In this document: positions 10,401-22,400 of the stretch, one piece after another | Layout: each line of letters begins with the position of its first letter | How positions within the stretch are numbered: position 1 is the stretch's first letter | Translations under genes and position numbers: made by a program | DNA from: Ruditapes philippinarum | Lineage: Eukaryota | Assembly: GCF_026571515.1 (NCBI RefSeq) | Contig: NW_026865484.1 | Coordinates: forward strand, 1,116,001 to 1,180,000 | Length of the DNA stretch: 64,000 nucleotides | Reading direction: 5' to 3' | The notes under the pieces: generated by a model | Database searches by the model: none | Told to the model about the DNA's origin: nothing | What the model saw: the letters and a program-made list of their open reading frames with translations, nothing else

Positions 10401-13400
10401 ACTTATGCGTCTGCTCAAAATTAAAAACATAAAATGTGGTCACTAAACTTACCGTTTCTGTTAAAAGGTACTGCTAGGAAGGTATTTAATAGGCTTCCAT
10501 TAAAAAATAAAACAAATTATAATAAGCTAAAAAATGCTTTGTTAAGGCAGTTTAAGTTAACTAATAATGGGTATAAAAAAAAAGTTTAAAACCAAAAAAC
10601 CCCGTAAAAATAAAACTTTTGTTATGTTCCTAGCTAAAATTTCTAAATACTTAAATGGTTGGCTAAAATTAAGTAAGGTAAAAAAAACTTATAAAAAGTT
10701 GTTAAACTTCATAGTAAAAAATCAATTTTTAAATATCTGCAATAAAAAACTATATCAAAACCTTAGTAGTAAAAAGTTGTTTTCAGCCGTAAAGTAGCAA
10801 AAAATGCAAATTTGTTTGCCAAAACTAAAAAAGGTCCAAAGTATGTAGTAAATCATAAAATTAAAAAAAAAGCTAAGCCTTATGCACTGCCAAGTAAACC
10901 TGTAAATAAAAATCAAGGTAGTAGTTATCGTATGCAAAAAGGTAACAATAAACTGGTAAATAAAGGTAAAGCATCTCAGCAGTATAAAGGTTATAAATGC
11001 ACATATTGTGGTCGTTTAGGGCATACAGCATTTTTCTGTAAAAATAAGGCTACAAATAAAGCTAACGCAGCAAAAAACATAAAACCAAACTCAATAAATC
11101 CAAGTAAAAATAATAATAGTTATCAGGGTAATAAAAGGCAAAAAGGTTATAAAGGTAAAAGTAAAGGTAAAAAAAAAAATAAAAATGCAAATTCAAAAAT
11201 TCATGTACACCCAGTATTTTTTATTGCAACTATAGCTTTACCATTACATATACCTTTAGTTGTTGGACATGAATTTAGAGTAACTGTACCCACGTTTTTA
11301 AAATTTTTAAGTTTTATTAAACTACTACCACTATTTGATCATGTTATACTGCAGTAGCCATAGCTTCGGTAAGTTAAATTGGTATACAATTCGAGACATT
11401 TGAACTTTGATTTCTGTATTGGCGTCAATTTAATGACAAGATTTTGAGCCATTGAATAGAAATTTAGTAATTTACAAAAGAAAACAGAATGAAAAGGATA
11501 GGGCGATAACTTAATTAACAAGCTTACAGTAGATACATGTATATCCTGTGTCATTATCATACATTGATATAATAATAATATAATTCTTTAATAAAAATAT
11601 AACAGGGTAAAAAATTGGTTTTTCATTTTCTTTACGATATGGAGAAAATCGACTTATCAAAGTTCGACATATATGGTAGAGATTTAATTTAGTTTAGCTA
11701 TGGTTTAAATGTTGGCATGTCTGTCATATTAAACGTCTAATTCCTTTCTGTTTATGATTTCTATAGCTACAAAGTTCCCAGTCAAACAGAAGGAAAATAA
11801 ATCCTCGGCCTAATCCTGTAGGCTGTGGACAGACCCATGCTGCAGTGGCACTAAAGAACGGTGATCTCTATACTTGGGGGAAGTCCAACAATGGCAGGTC
11901 AGTTTACATTAACAAATTGTTACATGTCTAATCATTTGTATTACTATATTTAATTTTATGGAATGTATAGCTGTCCTTCATACCCCTGAAATTTACAGTC
12001 CATTGGTTGGATAGGTAATCTAATGTGTGCTCTGTTTTTCTATGACAAATATTGAAATAAAATCAATGAGTGTTGTAATTTTGTTGACATAGACAAAGAA
12101 ATAGAGAAATCTTGTTGACAATAATTTTTTTTATTTAAAACCAAAACATTTAAAGTGAATTAAAACGAAAAAATTAAAACATTGGGAATAATACCGGATT
12201 TACAGTAATAAAACACTTGCTGGAAGGTTTTTGCTTTCAAGGTCTTATATGTTTACGAAACACATTTTCTTGTTTATATTTTATTCATTGTTAATACATC
12301 AATACTGTAAACAAACAGTTGTTATTTGTATGTAGATTGGGACATGGGGAACAGAAAGGTAGCCCTGTATCATGTGGACCATGTAGAATAGGAAACTTTC
12401 AAACACTACAGATTAAAGTGACCTCTGTAGCATGTGGCATGCAGCATACAATAGCACTTACCAATCAAGGGGTAGGTATAAATGAAACATATAAATTCTG
12501 CATTCTGCTTTGTTTTCTTTTGAAATTATCTACTTAAAACACATTATGCTCTTCCTTTCATAGCATAGCATGAAAAATATTACAAATAAAAGAAAACAGT
12601 TGATTTTATCTTCACAGGCACTATTTCATGGATTATATTACCTTAGCAGTTGTAAGGAGCATTTCAAAATTGATTACGATTTGTGTGTACTGATGTTCAT
12701 AAGAAGAAACATTTCATTAAATTAGTTAAATGTTTTGTCATATAACTTGCAGCTCTATGGATGGGGTTCATCTAAGTATGGTCAGGTTGGTCTAGGAACA
12801 AAGCACATGTACACTCGTCCTATGCCTTTAGAGGAGATGTCAAAGGTCACATGTGTCGCCGTTGACTGCGGACAATACCACTCTGTAGCTCTAACAGAAG
12901 ATGCTCAGTATGTATAGAATAAGTTACTCATTAGCTTGTGAAATACTCAATCGGGTAACAAAGTAGTTTCCACTGTCCATTGTTATTAATTTCTGACCCT
13001 TGATCATATTCCTAAAGGAAAAGACTAGTAGTATTCTTTTTCTCCAGTTGACGGACAAAAAAATCTCAGTTGTAAGATTTTTTTTGTTTTAAAAATATGT
13101 GATCTGATTTTCATATATAGATAAAGAAAATGTTTTTTATACTTGAAAACAAAACATTCAACAACCGCAAAAGTAGTGTTGTCCTGATTGTCTCTGAAAA
13201 TCGATAACTAATCGGACCACCCCAAAATTGGTGACAAGCGATAGTCCTTTTTAAAAATCGATTATTTAACTTTTAATGTTCTACCACCGCTGAATTGCCT
13301 ATACTTTATTGTTAATACTACTTTAGAAAATTATAGTGTGTAATAACATAATATTATAAACTTACATATCTAATGTATTTAAATAAGTGATCTGCAATAT

Positions 13401-16400
13401 TTTGACCTGTTGACTAGTACTAATATTGACTGCCATAAAGTTGTATTATACAAAAATTGCCTGTCACAAAGTTGTATTAGGTATTTGTGTTGTTTGTTTT
13501 GAATTCAAAGAATAAATCTTACTTTTATCATGGAGACAAGAGTTTATTTATTCTCAAAATGTGGTCACTACTGTATAAAAAAAATACATACAAGGATTGA
13601 TACCTTAAAAGAAAAAAGGGCCATAAAAGATGCGAAACTCGATTATACTATCGGCAGACAATCAATTTTGGTGGTCCGGTTATCGATAGTGATTTTTGAG
13701 TCGGATACCCAACACTACTCAAAAGTAAATTTACAGTTTGGTGCAAAACAATTAGATTGACAGTCCTGATTGTATAGGTTATGTTACTAAAATACTAGAA
13801 AAAAATCTCTACACTATGATGAATGACAACAATTTTTATACAGTTAATTTGTACAAATGAAACCAGAATCTATACTAATAGCCGCTCAATTTTAGTATTT
13901 TAATTCTGAAACCCTTTTTACTTATAATAGATTGTACCAAAATCAACCTGGGACAAGTCCAATACAGAAATTCAGCAGGGGTAATTTATAACATGTTTTT
14001 CAGGCTGTACAGTTGGGGTTGGGGTGTACATGGTCAACTAGGTCATGGAGACACAGAGGAATTAATGGTTCCAAAACTTGTGGATAGTTTCAGTAACCAG
14101 TCTATTGTCAGGGTTGCTGCTGGATATTGTCATACATTAGCTCTTACTGCACAAGTATGTATCGTTTAAAATATTTAAAAAAAAAATCCAACCTGGTAAT
14201 TGGCAATTTTAAATTTTTTATTTTGATTGTGTATTGCATTATGTATTTTGATGCTTTATTCCAATACTGTCTTTAACAAATGGTTGATTGTTATGATTGT
14301 TATAATTATATGTCAATATGACTTTTTCAAGAAAACAGGAAAAAAACTGTTAAATACTGTATAGTAATATTTTTCAGGTAAAATTATCATATATGTATTT
14401 TGTAGTCTCAATTGTGAATTTAGAAAAGTGAAGTCTTGTTTTTGAAGGAAGATTGTAAATTAATTGGTTATAATACTGATGACCTTTTTAGCTGGACTAT
14501 TTGATAAGAATAACTAGAGGTATACTAGTCACCCGAGCGTTGGCATCGGAGTAACCACTTATGTTAAAGTTTTTGTAATACGGCTTTGAAACTTTGCATA
14601 CTTGTTCACCTTCATGACCCCAACCTGTAGACAGGAGGAGGTAACTCTATCAAGCATTTTGACAGAATTATGCCCCTTTTTCGACTTAGAATTTAGGTTA
14701 AAGTTTTTGTAACACCTCATATATTTTCAAAGTCCATTGACATGTGGCTTTGAAACTTTGCACACTTGTTCACCATCATGACCCCAACCTGTAGACAGGA
14801 GGAGGTAACTGTATCAAGCATTTTGACAGAATTATGCCCTTTTTTGACTTAGAATTTATGTAAAACCTCAAATATTTACAAAGTCTATCGACATATGGAT
14901 TTGAAACTTTGAACACTTGTTCACCATTATGCCCCCAATCTGTAGACAAGAGGTGGTAACTCTATCAAGCATTTTGACAGAAAAATGCCCCTTTTTCGAC
15001 TTAGAGTTTACATTAAAGTTTGCATACCACCAAGTTGAACATGTAGCATTGACAGTGCTGGAATGACCTTTGAACAAATAAAAAGTATATGAAAACAGAA
15101 ACAATAGGCTTTAAACATTGTTTAACTGTTTAATTCTTTTGTTTGTATCTGGGGCAGAATATTATGGAACAAACAACTTGAGACAGTGCTGCATTACCTT
15201 TTTGTCCATTTAGCTGGACCTGCAGCCATTTTGTCATGTTGATTGTTGTGAAAGGGTTTATTTAGGTCTGTAGTTAAGAGTATCAATAAGAGGAACATCA
15301 GGTGATTGGCATAAGTTTTGAAGTGTCTCTCAGTATTTAACCGGTTTTAAATTTTTAATTTCAATTTATAAAATTTATCAATGATTGTATGTTTATAATT
15401 ACGGTGATAATGTGGGATTTAATCACTACACTTATTGATAGATCAATTGGACACCATCACCAGACCATTTATCTGGTTTGTAGTTGCTCTTATCTTTATA
15501 TATTGTTCCACTTTGTATGCATTTGTTGAATCTTCTATTTTCCTATTACATTTTGTAGGGAGAACTTTATGCATTTGGCTGTGGTTTCTTTGGCCAGCTT
15601 GGATTGGGGACTAGTATTAAACATACACTACCTGTCAAAATCACCAGCATTCCTGATAAAGTCATCACTATGGCAACCAAGTTTTTTCACTCTGTAAGTA
15701 TGTTTGTTACATTCAGAATACTAATAAATTACTCTGTGGTTAAAGTAACAAAATTTTGCATACTATACATGTAAACCAGGATAGTACTTTTTCTAAGAGT
15801 GGAGAATGATGAGGATATTAATAACAAAATTTTATTAAAAAAAGAAAGCAACAACAAAAAAATTAACCTCCTGATTAAATTGTGAGACTGTAACTGTTTA
15901 ACATCAAAATTGTTGTCCATGGGGCTTTTTAATATAAATGAGACACCATTATAACATCTTTGGACAATAAACATAAATCAGTAACAAATCTAAGTTAATA
16001 TGTTTATTGTGCAAAATACGACTGTATATTTTTGTAATGATTTATTTGTATGTGACAATCAGTAATAACAAAAACTTCTTCATCAATCTAGATAGCAGTT
16101 GACAATCATAATCATGTATATCAGTGGGGAAGTCATCCACATGGACTGAGACATTTTGTTCACAATCAGCGAAGAGCCAGGCAAGCAGGTCAGAGTATTT
16201 TTGAAGCAGCAGACAGTCATCTTAGACCTCAAATAATTGATACCTCTTATGTACATGGCAGAATCAAACAGGTATTGATGTAAATTTTAAATATTTAATA
16301 AACACAAAATATACCACCAAGCAAGACTCAAATGTTTCAAAGTTTCTACCAGTTCTTATGTTAGAGCTTTATTATTTCTGAAAAACTGTAAGTGTATTTA

Positions 16401-19400
16401 CTTTAATCAGATTTATTTAAACTTAATTATGGACAAAGATTAAAGCATATTTGAATTACTCCTGAGTCTGTTTCATATCACTTACCAATACTTATAAATT
16501 TTGCCCTTGTCATGACCATTGCTTAAACATACAATTCCTGGAACTGCAAACATATTAACCACTACTATTTACACGTGCTACACCTATGCTCTTGAATGTT
16601 TGTAATCAAATTAATTAAAGTAGAATTTGGCATATAAGAAAATGTTCTGCCTGATGCGTTAGGTAACAGGATGAAAGAAGTTAGATTTCTTAAATAAAGT
16701 TAGACCTCGAAGAATTAATTACTATTTTGTTATAATTAAGGCATTTCAAGTAAAATGTGTACACTTATACCAGCTTCACTGAAATTTAATAAGATGGCAG
16801 TACATGTATTTTCATTTTAAGACTATCTAAAGCCCTTATACTTCTTAATTTTGTCATGGAATTGCTCTACTAAGAATTTGAAATAGTCCATTTAAAGTTA
16901 GGAATTTCAGTATCAAAATACAAAAAATTATCTACAAACACTATAGAGCCTGGTCCAACTGTAAGTATGACACTATACTAGATGACTAAAAAGCTAATCA
17001 CTTTTTGTTCCAGAACATTAAAGGTTAAACTGTATTAATTTAATCTGGTGTCCATTGTATTATGTTACAGGTTGTATGTGGTAGTTTCCACACATGTATT
17101 ATAACTAGGGATGGTGACGTTTATACCTGGGGTAGGAACACTGATGGTCAACTTGGCAACGGAACAAGACAAGATGGGGTAATGTCTATCATTTGTTCAT
17201 TGTGATTCTGGTTTTTCAGTTTTCTTGTTATTCTCTTATTTTAGTGCTACATGATGTTTTTGTGAAAATATTTTGTCTAAAACTGAGTTATCCTTAGAAA
17301 AACTGATTTTTGGTATTCAGTTCATTGCTGATACAATTGATAAGTTATTGAAATATTGAAAAAAAATGTAAAAAATATCTGACACATATCATATGTCCTA
17401 GATGTTGTATTTACATGTGACATATGTTTAATCTGTGACATATTCTAGATGATTTATACGTTTGTGACATTTGTCCTAGATTCAGCATTTAATTGTGACA
17501 TTTGTTCTAGTTGTGTCATTTGTTTGTGACATATGTCTTAGATATAGTCTGTATTTTGCATGTGGTATGATTATTATCACAGGTTTGACTGTATACTTAT
17601 TGTATTTTATAGAGAATACCTCAAATGGTAACAACCATCAATGATCGTACTATTATACACCTGACATCAGGGGGAGAATATAATGTTGCCATGGATACAG
17701 ACAGTCAGATTTGGGTATGGGGTAGAAATGAATTCTGTCAGGTGAGATTTTATCCAGAATTACATTTTGTTTAAAACATCTATGGAATGTTTCTTAGCCC
17801 TTTTATAGAAATTTAAGAATTTTCTAGATATTGTTAAGGCAAAATTATTTGTATAGATTGTTTAAAGATTTATTATGGCAATACTTAAATTAAGAAATTG
17901 AACCAATAGTGCAAATGACATGTCACAGAAATGTTATATCTGCAAGAAAGCTGTAATATTATTTTGGCATTTCAAATAAAGTAAGTGTCAGGTCAACAAA
18001 TTGTTTAGATTGTGAAACAAGGGTATGAATTAACTTTTGTTCACAAAATCATTGTACATTGATATGCATATTTTAATAGCTACATCTTACATCATAAGAA
18101 GTAAGGAATACTTTTCATCTGTATCCATCGCCTATTTATTACAAAAGTTATTGTGTTGTGTTGAAATCAGTGTGAAGTGATTAATCATTTACTCAGAAAT
18201 AATAATCATGAATCAAGATTTTAAAGACATACTGAAAATTTGTATGTTAACAATGTGTATTTTTGAATTTCACAGTTAGGTTTACAAGCTTCAGACCCCA
18301 GACAATCAAATAAAGTTATAAAGACAGCAGGGTCTAAGAACTTGAGCCAAAGTCTTTCAGAAGTGCTGGCACCAACGCTTTTAAAACTCCAGCCTGGTAC
18401 CCTGCATTCATCATGGCAATATAGACCACTCACAGAACAGTTCAGCATCTCAGAATCAATGGAGAATCTTATGGTAAGTAGTAATAGACCCAGTACGATA
18501 AATTCCAATCACATTATTCAATTTGAGAGGGCACCACATGATTCAATTAGAGAGGTCATTGCATAATTCAATTTGAGAGGACATTGCATAATTCAATTTG
18601 AGAGGGCATTGCATAAATACTTTGAGAGGACATTGTATAATTCAGTTGAGAGGGCATCGCACAATTCAATTTGAGAGGGCATCACATAATTCAATTTGAG
18701 ATGACATCACATAATTCAATTTGAGAGGGCATCACATAATTCAATTTGAGAGGGCATCACATAATTCAATATGAGATGGCATCACATAATTCAATTTGAG
18801 ATGACATCACATAATTCAATTTGAGAGGGCATCACATAATTCAATTTGAGAGGGCATCACATAATTCAATATGAGATGGCATCACATAATTCAATTTGAG
18901 ATGACATCACATAATTCAATTTGAGAGGGCATCACATAATTCAATTTGAGAGGGCATCACATAATTCAATATGAGAGGGCATCACATAATTCATTTTGAG
19001 ATGACATCACATAATTCAATATGAGATGGCATCACATAATTCAATTTGAGATGACATCACATAATTCAATTTGAGAGGGCATCACATAATTCATTTTGAT
19101 AGGGCATCACATAATTCAATTTGAGAGGGCATCACATAATTCAATTTGAGAGGGCATCACATAATTCAATTTTAAAGGGCATTGCATAATTCAATTTGTG
19201 AGAGAACAAACATGGAAGCATATCAGTGGTAGAATCAAGATATGACAATCTTTCACACTTTCACTGCCAGAACTATAATTGTACAGTTACAGTTCTATAT
19301 ATTTGCCTATATTCTAGGACATTTTTAAGACCGATAGGACTTAACAATAGAAAATGAATGCTTGTGTAATTATGGGATGATTTTTGTCACCTATGAAATA

Positions 19401-22400
19401 TATTGAATGTTACTTCTGTTCATTTTGGATATTTTTTGTAGTATCAAAAATGTAAAAGCTTTCATTTTTGTCAAATTGTCTTGAAGAACTTTTATAAAAC
19501 TCTTAAAAAGACTTTTAAAAAAAATGTTTATTCTACTTTCTAGTCAGTCTGATACAAGTCCTGGAATAAGACTGAAACATGCCTTGTTTTAAGTTGTTCA
19601 ATGATCAACAATAAGCACATGAATCAATATAATAATACAATTTTTGACATTCATACTTTAGTATTATGTTTTACTACGGTAGTTATCAAACTGAAAGTTG
19701 TTGTTTAAACACTTCTATTACTTCTTATAATACTGCAAGTTTGTAATTTCACTTTTCATGGGACCATCGTGACGTTTATGTAGTTTTATATATACAGCTG
19801 CTGTCAATTTACAAAGATATCTCAATTATTTTCTCTAAAAAAGGAAGTTTGCTGTTAAATAAATTTATTATAAAGATTCCTGACTGGTTATATGGCCAGT
19901 ATATCAATCGGCTTGAGTTATATATACAAACAACCATTTATATAGGGCCATGTAACCTGCCAGAAATCTTTATAACTAATAATATATAACATATTTACAA
20001 GATTTTCTGTTATAATATTTACCTTCTTTCTAGACAACATAATTATAATTGACTGTTACTTTTTAAAGGTTTCAGGAAAATACTATTAAAACTGTTATAA
20101 AATGAATGCTAATAAACTGACATTAGATATGGTTCTGTTTTCAGCTTGAAGAAGAGAATGGTAAAGAGACTATGATGAATATTCCAAGTCTAGCAGAAAT
20201 AGGCACCATACCTTATAACAGGATAATCATTCCAGTTATTCTACAGGTACTCCAATCATTTTACAAACTATGCCCAGAGCCTAGATATTTGGCATGCAGC
20301 ATTGCCTAGTGGACCTGTACAAAAGTTGTATATAAGTGATGCCCATAAGGTCAAAATTGCAACACTCTAAAGGTCACTTAGTTAAGATAGACTTGTCGTG
20401 TAAAAATATCCAGGGTCATCATGGCCTTCTTGTTTTGTAACTATTAAATATATTTACATTAAGTTAAGTGTACTTGATCAAAATATGTCAGCATTTTATT
20501 TGTTATGTTATACAGTATGCTTGATTAGAGCTGCTAACATTTATACCTAATAATTGACAGTTTTTAGCTTGACTATTGGAAGAATAGGGAGCGCAATAGT
20601 ACTCACCTTGGTGGCGGCGTTTTTGAGCTCCAAACCTACTGAATGGAATGGATTGAAATTTCACACTCTTACTTGAGAGCATAATAAGAGGTCATTGTTC
20701 AAGGCCCACCTATAACTAAAACATTGATTTTGACAGAATTATGGCCCTTTTTGGACATACATGTATAAAGAAAATTCTACATCATCCAGGCACTTGTTTT
20801 ACTATCAGGCACTTAAAATAGCTCTTGTTTGATAAGATACCAGCTTGTGAAAAACTATGTTATATATAATTATTTGCAATATTACTTAATGAAAAATAAT
20901 AGATACATTTGATACATTTAAAATTTGTGTCCAATATTTTTGATACAGTAAAAAAACCTTACAATGCTAAAACCTTAACTATCATGGCCCTTCACAACCA
21001 TGCAGTTTGGTGTGATTCTGTACTATTTGTCAACAATTTTCTAAATATTTTTTTGGGTATCCCTAATGACAATGAACTTTGCTAATTACCATTTGGTTAA
21101 GTCCATTCTAGAAATTAAGCGGGTAAAGAGTAAAATGCCAAAATTGATTATTCATGATTTATATTTTTGTATTTACTAGATTTGTGGTATTTATTTGTAA
21201 TTTTCAGTGTATGCCAGATTTATGTGATTGTAATCAGTTGCTAAGAAACGCTGTTGATATGAGAGATTGGTGTGTGGCAGCCAGTATCTGTCTCTACCTG
21301 AAGAATTATACACAGGTAATGGAGAAATGAGTGAAACTGTGTCAACACTCATCGTGTTTGGTTCAATCTGACCAGGCTCTTAACAACTGCAGGCTAACTT
21401 ACTTCAAAATATCATCTTGATATTAAAAAAAAAAAATGTTTTATTCATGAATATTAACACATATGACTCATGGCTAGATAATTGAATAATCATTTGTAAA
21501 ATTAGGTGAGTTGTTTAAACTGCTTAGCCAGAGGTAGGGACATTTTTGTAGGGGAATAATTTTTTTTTTAATAGTTAATTTAATTAGCAAAACTTTTTAA
21601 GCTGGTATTCATGTACATGTTTGTTTGTTGTTTTTTTCAGTTAGTGTTAATAATTGATTTAATAATTATTTAAGGCAATGGCATATCATCTAATGGTGTT
21701 AAGAGATAATTATGAAGAAACAGAGAAAGATGATTTTACTGTGAAAAGTATAAAAGTTATAGAGTACTATTACAGGTATGTTGACACACTTCTACCAGTG
21801 ATTGATGACTAGTGAGTAGAGACAGACAGGATAGCCTGCATGTTATTTATGGCAGTCTGACGTACTTTATACTGTCATGGTTAAATATTCCGAAACGGTG
21901 GGGTCAGAGTCTCCACCTCCCATCCCACTTTTATGTCACAGATTATAACTAGGAATAAAATATTATTCAATCAATTGGCATTCAATAATTTGTGTATGAA
22001 TCACCCCATGTCTTTGAGTGTACTATCAAATTTGGCCTTGCACTGCTTTAACCATTGCCTACTTTCCTAAAGATTATGCCTCCTAAATCTGAAATACTGA
22101 CAAAATATAGACAAAATGTATAAATGTGCTGATTTGCAATAAATAAAAATGCAATGAACCGCTAACTGTGAGATAAAATTTAATAATAATGGTTCAAATT
22201 ACAAAAATAGCATGATCAAAATAAGGATCAATTTTAGGACCAAGATCAATTTTTAGATTATTTTTTAAATATGTACATGTATGCTTTGGTAATAATAAAA
22301 CATTAATTTTCTAAAATTGCCAAGAAAATTTTGGACATGTGACAGGCTAAAAATGGCCTCAGGTTGATAGTTTGTGTAACCAATGCTGAAAAGCCTTTAA

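Noticed and set aside
10355-11340. RIP, CpG decay or ADAR as the cause of the bias
   Set aside because: RIP and CpG decay act on both strands at CpA or CpG, yet TG, CA and CG persist here. ADAR gives A->G, the opposite direction. The bias is GA-specific and tracks the element strand.
10812-11357. 181-aa K/N-rich ORF as a host basic zinc-knuckle protein
   Set aside because: It is edited Gypsy gag fused to the antisense of an inverted protease piece; its composition is a product of G->A changes.
18515-19200. CRISPR array
   Set aside because: Contiguous repeats without unique spacers, a eukaryotic intron context and no cas genes.
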